The notes under the pieces are model-generated. The model saw only the letters and a program-made list of their open reading frames with translations. It did not search any database and had not been told where the DNA came from. From the IMG/VR virus record IMGVR_UViG_3300007231_000022, positions 1-33,658 of that record: 33,658 nt of DNA, one strand, 5' to 3'. Source of the DNA: a virus (lineage: Duplodnaviria > Caudoviricetes). Of the stretch, positions 1-4,954 are shown in pieces (the stretch's first letter is position 1; every line of letters begins with the position of its first letter). A program made the translations under genes and the position numbers.

Positions 1-264
1 AGTTTTGCATTCCGTGATGTTTGGGAAAGTTTGTATCAGAATATTAATTTACTGTTTATTGATGAACTTATAGACAGTGGCATGGATACTGCTGGTGTAG
101 AAAATTCACTAAGTGTCCTTAAGAAGATGGCACGAGAGCGTAGCAAGAACATTTATCTTATCTCACACAAAGACGAATTGATTGGAAGAGTTAATCATGT
201 GTTGCGTGTTGTAAAAGAAAATGGCTTTACAAGTTACGCAAATGACTTGGAGGTTGTAGAATGA
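1..264 (+). CDS. Recombination endonuclease ATPase subunit (T4 gp46/SbcC/Rad50-like), C-terminal part; gene starts before the window
   Basis: Frame 1 is open from base 1 (SFAFRDVWESLYQ...). Contains ABC-ATPase Walker B/D-loop LLFIDELIDSGMD, H-loop LISHK and the typical end VVKENGFT. Confidence 0.88.
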   Translation, partial: SFAFRDVWESLYQNINLLFIDELIDSGMDTAGVENSLSVLKKMARERSKNIYLISHKDELIGRVNHVLRVVKENGFTSYANDLEVVE

Positions 265-464
265 TAGAAGAAGATGATGCCCATGACTTGCTTGTAAAAG
301 CATATCTAGCATATTTTTCAGCAAATGAAAAATTTGAACAGCGAAATAGTGTACGAACACATCGAACAGTTCGAAAATGTTTACGAGAAATTCGTACATT
401 AGCAAAAGAACGTGCAGATGAAATACATATTCATCACACTACAACAAGAGAAACCAGAACTTAG
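261..464 (+). CDS. Small basic helical hypothetical protein (67 aa), weak resemblance to Hc1/histone-like phage proteins
   Basis: ATGA overlap with the gp46 stop and GGAGG RBS at 249-253. Basic amphipathic helix NEKFEQRNSVRTHRTVRKCLREIRTLAKER. Confidence 0.65.
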   Translation: MIEEDDAHDLLVKAYLAYFSANEKFEQRNSVRTHRTVRKCLREIRTLAKERADEIHIHHTTTRETRT

Positions 465-486
465 GCATAAACAATTTAGGCACCGG

Positions 487-492
487 TAAGTA
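487..492 (+). promoter_or_regulatory. Putative variant late promoter (TAAGTA) giving a leaderless transcript
   Basis: One mismatch from TAAATA, 5 nt before the ATG at 498, with no Shine-Dalgarno at normal spacing. Confidence 0.4.
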
Positions 493-497
493 TACTC

Positions 498-947
498 ATG
501 CAGTGGACTTACGAAGGTAAAACAATAGACACAATACCAGACGAGTATGAAGGCTTTGTTTATCTTATTACCAACACCACTACAGGTCAAAAATACATAG
601 GCAAGAAACTAGCAAAATTTAAAACTACTAAGCCACCACTTAAAGGCAAGAAAAATAAAAGACGCGGCACAAAAGAATCAGACTGGAGAGATTATTATGG
701 ATCCAGTGATAGACTGAACGCAGACGTTGCAGCACTAGGCTCAGATAAGTTTACAAGAGAAATACTATACCTATGTAAAGGTAGGGGCGAAATGTCCTAC
801 ATAGAGGCAAGAGAACAGTTTGATCGCAGAGTACTTGAAACAGATGAATACTATAATGGTATTATAAATGTTAGAGTCGGCGGATCAGACAAACTCAAAC
901 AGGCATTGCTAGAACATCACATACAGGCAAAACATTCCAACACATAA
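498..947 (+). CDS. GIY-YIG family endonuclease, catalytic domain only (149 aa, Seg-like)
   Basis: GFVYLITNTTTGQKYIGKK (GIY-YIG motif), ESDWRDYYGSS, helix with candidate catalytic Glu (YIEAREQF) and YYN. No NUMOD/HTH DNA-binding tail is visible. Confidence 0.85.
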   Translation: MQWTYEGKTIDTIPDEYEGFVYLITNTTTGQKYIGKKLAKFKTTKPPLKGKKNKRRGTKESDWRDYYGSSDRLNADVAALGSDKFTREILYLCKGRGEMSYIEAREQFDRRVLETDEYYNGIINVRVGGSDKLKQALLEHHIQAKHSNT

Positions 948-949
948 GG

Positions 950-1340
950 TTAGCGGGCCGGTTTAATAATACCGCTGTGGAAAAAGCTCTCGTATAGAAG
1001 CACACGTAACATATTGATCGACTACCCAGAGGTAGGAAGCCACCAAACAAATTGGGCTCACTGGTTGATATAGATTGTTTTGTTGGCAGTCGAAAAACAC
1101 AACATAGTTCATAAAAACCCTTTAGCAATAGGAACGAAGCGGGGGAATATTGTTACATATAATGTACATTGTATATTATAAGCAACATAATGTCGACGGA
1201 GGACGGGAAAGGTCAGAGCCCATTGAACTTGTGTATAAAAAATTACCTCTTTCCAATGTCTCGGCTGTGCAGACTCACATGAAGTTGCCAAAAAAGACGA
1301 CGGGGCTAGAAATAGTTCCGTCTGACTAAACAATCTACAT
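950..1340 (+). ncRNA. Candidate large structured (pseudoknotted) non-coding RNA
   Basis: No credible ORF. Complementary segments: 1071-1080/1328-1337, 1083-1088/1286-1291, 1089-1093/1261-1265, 1053-1059/1216-1222, 1106-1111/1224-1229, 1097-1101/1230-1234, 1206-1213/1245-1254, plus a GAAA-tetraloop hairpin at 1299-1322. G-U pairs and the GNRA loop favour the + strand. Ends are approximate. Confidence 0.65.
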
Positions 1341-1343
1341 GAA

Positions 1344-1459
1344 ATTAATACTTTATTACATTCGTAATAAAGCAATATAATTATATATTAATCATTCACT
1401 TATACGAAGTATATGTAGTTTGAGCGTAAGCGATAACTTGTATTAACGAAGTTAATACA
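1344..1459. repeat. Cluster of AT-rich inverted repeats with GAA-type loops
   Basis: CTTTATTAC-ATTC-GTAATAAAG (1351-1372), TATAC-GAA-GTATA (1401-1413), TGTATTAAC-GAA-GTTAATACA (1439-1459), and an outer pair ATTAATA 1344-1350/TATTAAT 1386-1392. Confidence 0.8.
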
Positions 1460-1476
1460 CTAACTATTAAAAAATA

Positions 1477-1483
1477 ATAAATA
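1477..1483 (+). promoter_or_regulatory. T4-type late promoter (ATAAATA)
   Basis: Matches 7 of 8 bases of TATAAATA, 30 nt upstream of the gene at 1514; AAGGA RBS at 1500-1504. Confidence 0.65.
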
Positions 1484-1513
1484 CACTATAATTGATATTA
1501 AGGAATAATCACG

Positions 1514-1807
1514 ATGAAGATCTCTGAGTTTACAGACAACAGTCACATTGATGAACTAGATGCTGCTGATGTAGGAAATGCTGCTGGTAAAGCAACTAGA
1601 TCTGTTGGAACTGGTGCTAAAAAAGTTGTAGGTGCTGTTGGGTCTGGCATAAAAAACTTTGCCAAAGGTTTTGCAAGTGGTGTTGCTGGTAAAGTTGCAC
1701 CTGCAAATCCTCAACTCAAGTCTATCAAATCGAGTATTGCAGCACTTAATCCTAAACAACAGGCAGCACTAAGAAAACAACTTGCTAAGAAAGCAGGAGT
1801 AGCATAA
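1514..1807 (+). CDS. Putative internal head protein (97 aa, Lys/Ala/Gly-rich)
   Basis: Late promoter and RBS. N-terminus MKISEF...IDE resembles a T4 capsid-targeting sequence with I-x-E gp21 cleavage sites. Confidence 0.6.
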   Translation: MKISEFTDNSHIDELDAADVGNAAGKATRSVGTGAKKVVGAVGSGIKNFAKGFASGVAGKVAPANPQLKSIKSSIAALNPKQQAALRKQLAKKAGVA

Positions 1808-3774
1808 TGCAAACAACAGAATTTAAACAGCGTACCTTGATAACAGAACAAGTAACCTATATATTATGGGAAAGTGCTGGTCGTAAGATTATTGAGGCAC
1901 AACTTACTCCAGATCAAATTAGTCAATTGTTTACCGATGTTGAGCAAGGTACTAGTGCTGCCGGCGGCAACAGAACAATGGTTGGCAAAGGCAAAGATGC
2001 TGCTGGTGCAGTCAACAAAGCTTGGGCCGAGCTAAAGTCTAAAATACAAGATTCAGCTCCGATTAAAAACGTAGACGCTATGTACGATCAAGCTGTTGAA
2101 AAACTTAAAGACGCAACCGGCGGCGATGAAGGAATAGACAAGTATATACAAAAATATCGCGCATTTGCTAAAAAACATCCTATGGCGCAAAGTTTTGTTT
2201 ATGCTGCACTAATTGCTGGCGCAGGTATTAGTGGTGCAGGAGCAGGCGGAGCAGCAGCGTTAGGATTATTCAAGCTAACTGATAAACTACTGCAAGGTGA
2301 AAAATTTAGTAGTGCTGCTTACAGTGGCGCCAAGACTGGTGCATTAGCTTACGGCGCAGCCAAACTTGCTGACTATGTTAGAGGCGATACTAAAGTAACA
2401 ACAACGCAAACTACAACGTCAAGTTCTGTAGGCGGCGGTGAGGCTCCTACTAAGGCTGATTTTTCTAATAAAATTGCTCCAAGCGGACAAGCAAGTGCAA
2501 TAGATTCTGCTGTAAGCAATATTTCTAATCCATTGAAATTTGGCGGTTCAGCAGCCTTTGATAAAGACGCAATATTAGATATTGCTGCAAAAGCAGGCGA
2601 TGAATTTGATATTAAAGATAAAGTAATGAATTATCTAATAGATCAGCCACAATATGCTACTGTTGGTAATCCAGGTACGTTTGGTGATCAAATCAATAAT
2701 CTTATTGATGCTGGGTTGAAAGGAAAAGGTCCTTTTTCTGTATTAGCAAAGACAGCAAGTGAAAGTATTAACTTTAACCCAATTCAAATTGAAACTATTA
2801 TTGAATGGTGCGATCTAACACCTGCTGTTATGCTAACAGAAGGTCCAATGGATGCAATTAAAAAAGGTGCAAGTGCAGTAGGCGGAGCAGTTAAAAAAGG
2901 AGCAGCGGCTGTAGGTGCTAAAGCAGCAAAGGTTGGCAAGAACATGACAACCAAAGTTACTGCTGACAAACTAAACAAAGCATGGATAAAAGCAGGCAAG
3001 CCAACTGATAGTGATGCTATTGCAAACATTCTTAGACAGCAAGGTGTAAGTGATCAAGTATTGGCACCAGTATACAAACAAATGGGTGCAAAACTTCCAG
3101 CAGCACCTAAAGCAGTTGCGCCAGGAGCAGCACCAGGACAAACAGCAGCACCAGGAGCAAAGCCAGCAGCATCTACTACAATGGACTTTAAAGGTATACA
3201 GCAGGCAGTTACAAAATTAAGTCCGCAAGATGCTAAAGCACTTGTTACACATATTGATTCATTAGATAGCAAAACAGCAACGCCTAACACAGCAGCAAAA
3301 CCTGCACAAGCAAAGGTAGCACCAACATCTAAACCAGCAGCACAAGACGCTACAGCAGCTCCTACGGCACCAGGACAAGCACCAGCAGCGCCTAACAAAA
3401 ATGCAGCAGCAGGTGACACTTTTGAAAAAGCCAAAGGTGACATCCGTAAAGTACAAGGTGGTCAAAAACCTATGCCACCAAAGACAGCAGCCACTATTGC
3501 AAGTGACCTTGCTAAATTAGCAAAAGGTGATAAAGAAAGTGGAGTTGCAGCAGCACAAAAGATTATGACTTTTGCTAAAGCAGGTGTTGATGTTAGCAAG
3601 CAACAGCAAGCATGGATTGGAAATGCTAAAGCAGGTGAGAGATTCCTAACACAAAGTGTTTACTTTGAAATTACTAAGATGTTAAAAGAGAATAATTTAA
3701 GTTGGAGTGATTTGGGTATGCGTGTACATTTGTTAGAAGGCACTAACAAAATGTTTGGAATTAGTTTAATTTAA
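1807..3774 (+). CDS. Putative internal head/ejected protein (655 aa) with multiple I/L-x-E sites and a Pro/Ala-rich linker
   Basis: TAATG coupling to the previous gene. LITE, IIEA, MLTEG, MLKE and LLEG motifs, a hydrophobic Gly/Ala segment and a low-complexity PAAK region. Confidence 0.6.
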   Translation: MQTTEFKQRTLITEQVTYILWESAGRKIIEAQLTPDQISQLFTDVEQGTSAAGGNRTMVGKGKDAAGAVNKAWAELKSKIQDSAPIKNVDAMYDQAVEKLKDATGGDEGIDKYIQKYRAFAKKHPMAQSFVYAALIAGAGISGAGAGGAAALGLFKLTDKLLQGEKFSSAAYSGAKTGALAYGAAKLADYVRGDTKVTTTQTTTSSSVGGGEAPTKADFSNKIAPSGQASAIDSAVSNISNPLKFGGSAAFDKDAILDIAAKAGDEFDIKDKVMNYLIDQPQYATVGNPGTFGDQINNLIDAGLKGKGPFSVLAKTASESINFNPIQIETIIEWCDLTPAVMLTEGPMDAIKKGASAVGGAVKKGAAAVGAKAAKVGKNMTTKVTADKLNKAWIKAGKPTDSDAIANILRQQGVSDQVLAPVYKQMGAKLPAAPKAVAPGAAPGQTAAPGAKPAASTTMDFKGIQQAVTKLSPQDAKALVTHIDSLDSKTATPNTAAKPAQAKVAPTSKPAAQDATAAPTAPGQAPAAPNKNAAAGDTFEKAKGDIRKVQGGQKPMPPKTAATIASDLAKLAKGDKESGVAAAQKIMTFAKAGVDVSKQQQAWIGNAKAGERFLTQSVYFEITKMLKENNLSWSDLGMRVHLLEGTNKMFGISLI

Positions 3775-3947
3775 AAGAAAGGGAGACCACTTTTCTTAGT
3801 AGTCTCCATATTTTCTTTAACAATATCATTAATTAACATTTTATCTTCGTGAGATAAATTGTATGCTTCGTCAATAGTTACTCCGCCGCGCATGTACCAA
3901 CAGATTTTTAAAAGTTCACTTTTAAGTTGTTTCTGTTCGCCTTCCAT
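3771..3947 (-). CDS. Small gp51-like ORF (58 aa from ATG), missing from the ORF track; probably translated as a -1 frameshift extension of the upstream gp26-like gene
   Basis: Reads MEGEQKQLKSELLKICWYMRGGVTIDEAYNLSHEDKMLINDIVKENMETTKKSGLPFF*. The frame stays open upstream through the slippery site at 4001-4010. Its stop overlaps the convergent stop of the 655-aa gene (TTAA 3771-3774). Confidence 0.75.
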   Translation of the reverse strand: MEGEQKQLKSELLKICWYMRGGVTIDEAYNLSHEDKMLINDIVKENMETTKKSGLPFF

Positions 3948-3963
3948 GCGCTTGACTTCTTCT

Positions 3964-4010
3964 AGGATCTCAGGTACGCTCCACGCTAAGATCCTTATGC
4001 GAAAAAATTT
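3964..4010 (-). other. Predicted -1 programmed ribosomal frameshift signal
   Basis: Minus strand A AAT TTT TTC (4010-4001) contains two overlapping X XXY YYZ heptamers. After a 5-nt spacer comes the stem AGGATCTTAG/CTGAGATCCT (3995-3986 with 3973-3964). Confidence 0.7.
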
Positions 4011-4876
4011 GATTGATCAAAGGTAATCGGCACTTCCCAAGTTGCAGGAGCACCAGCAGCAATATCTTCGTCACTTGATTTAACAGGCATCGGCGCAACT
4101 TGAAACTTAGATTTTTGTATATCTAAGTGATCAGTTATCGAAGTATAAAAGTTTTTATCAGCATTATTAATAAACTCATCAATGTGAGCGATATTAGAAA
4201 CTACGTCATCGCCAATTGATATCGAAACAATACTTCTTGAAAGTGTAGTAACTGTTAAGTCTGTTAGTTTTTTAAAACTAACATTAAATTTTGCTAGTTT
4301 TTCAGTATCGGGAATTTCGTCATTGTTAACAATTGAAAAAATTCTCTGTTCTTCAAAAGTTTTTAAACTAGCGTCGGTAAATTCTTTGTAAGACAACGGA
4401 CGCAATAATACTTTCATATTTTCTACAGTTATATTATCTTCATACTCAACAGTGACCATTTTATTTAGAATTTGCCTTAGGTCTACGTCAAATTTGCGAT
4501 CTTCTCCGGTTCCTGGAACCTTTGTAGTAATTTCTAATATATCTCCGTATGTTGCAATTCTTATAGCAACTAATACAGCATCGAGATCAATACTAGGCAT
4601 GTGCCACGGATTAACAATACTAGGCACACAACTTTTAATCATGTCGACAGTTGCTTGTCCGTTAAGCAATGCATCTGGTGTTTTCATTGACAACTCATCT
4701 TTTGCTGTCATTGCATAAACAGGATATTCACCTGTTTCTGGAACAGATAATGCATCAGTAGGATAATATTTTCCTTTGCTTGGCAATGTAATAAACACTT
4801 TAGGCTGTCTAAAGTATTTTCTTAATGGATTTTGCTCCATATTTCCCGAAAACTCTTGCGGGTTAAATTCTGACAT
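3995..4876 (-). CDS. T4 gp26-like baseplate hub / tail assembly chaperone (293 aa)
   Basis: Motifs NPLRKYFRQPK, LPSKG, MTAKDEL, D.DAVLVAIRIATYG and terminal NFFA. Start moved to ATG 4876 because of the GGAGAA RBS (4886-4881). Confidence 0.75.
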   Translation of the reverse strand: MSEFNPQEFSGNMEQNPLRKYFRQPKVFITLPSKGKYYPTDALSVPETGEYPVYAMTAKDELSMKTPDALLNGQATVDMIKSCVPSIVNPWHMPSIDLDAVLVAIRIATYGDILEITTKVPGTGEDRKFDVDLRQILNKMVTVEYEDNITVENMKVLLRPLSYKEFTDASLKTFEEQRIFSIVNNDEIPDTEKLAKFNVSFKKLTDLTVTTLSRSIVSISIGDDVVSNIAHIDEFINNADKNFYTSITDHLDIQKSKFQVAPMPVKSSDEDIAAGAPATWEVPITFDQSNFFA

Positions 4877-4887
4877 GTTGTTCTCCG

Positions 4888-4895
4888 TATAAATA
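4888..4895 (+). promoter_or_regulatory. T4-type late promoter TATAAATA for the tape-measure gene
   Basis: Exact consensus about 60 nt upstream of GTG 4955. Confidence 0.75.
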
Positions 4896-4920
4896 CAATG
4901 TATAAAGTATGTATCATTTA

Positions 4921-4928
4921 TATTTATG
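4921..4928 (-). promoter_or_regulatory. T4-type late promoter CATAAATA for the gp26-like gene
   Basis: Plus strand TATTTATG, 45 nt upstream of ATG 4876 on the minus strand. Confidence 0.65.
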
Positions 4929-4954
4929 TGCGTAGTTAACTTGGAAAACAAATA

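Noticed and set aside
1299-1322. GCTAGAAATAG resembles the engineered Cas9 sgRNA tetraloop
   Set aside because: A generic GAAA-capped stem; no cas gene, repeats or spacers occur in the window.
950-1340. Group I intron, RNase P RNA or tmRNA identity for the structured tract
   Set aside because: The flanking genes are complete, so there are no exons to join, and I could not find a convincing P7 pair (GACTA at 1020-1024 has no TAGTC partner). GAGGACGGGAAAGGTC only loosely resembles RNase P CR-I and no CR-V is seen. No tRNA-like ends are present. A covariance-model search is still needed.
895-1375. Minus-strand ORFs of 77 and 88 aa across the non-coding interval
   Set aside because: No RBS, atypical composition and no motifs; base-pairing patterns explain the region better.
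4877-4951. N-terminal 25-aa extension of the gp26-like ORF in the track
   Set aside because: It spans the promoter region; ATG 4876 has a clear GGAGAA RBS.
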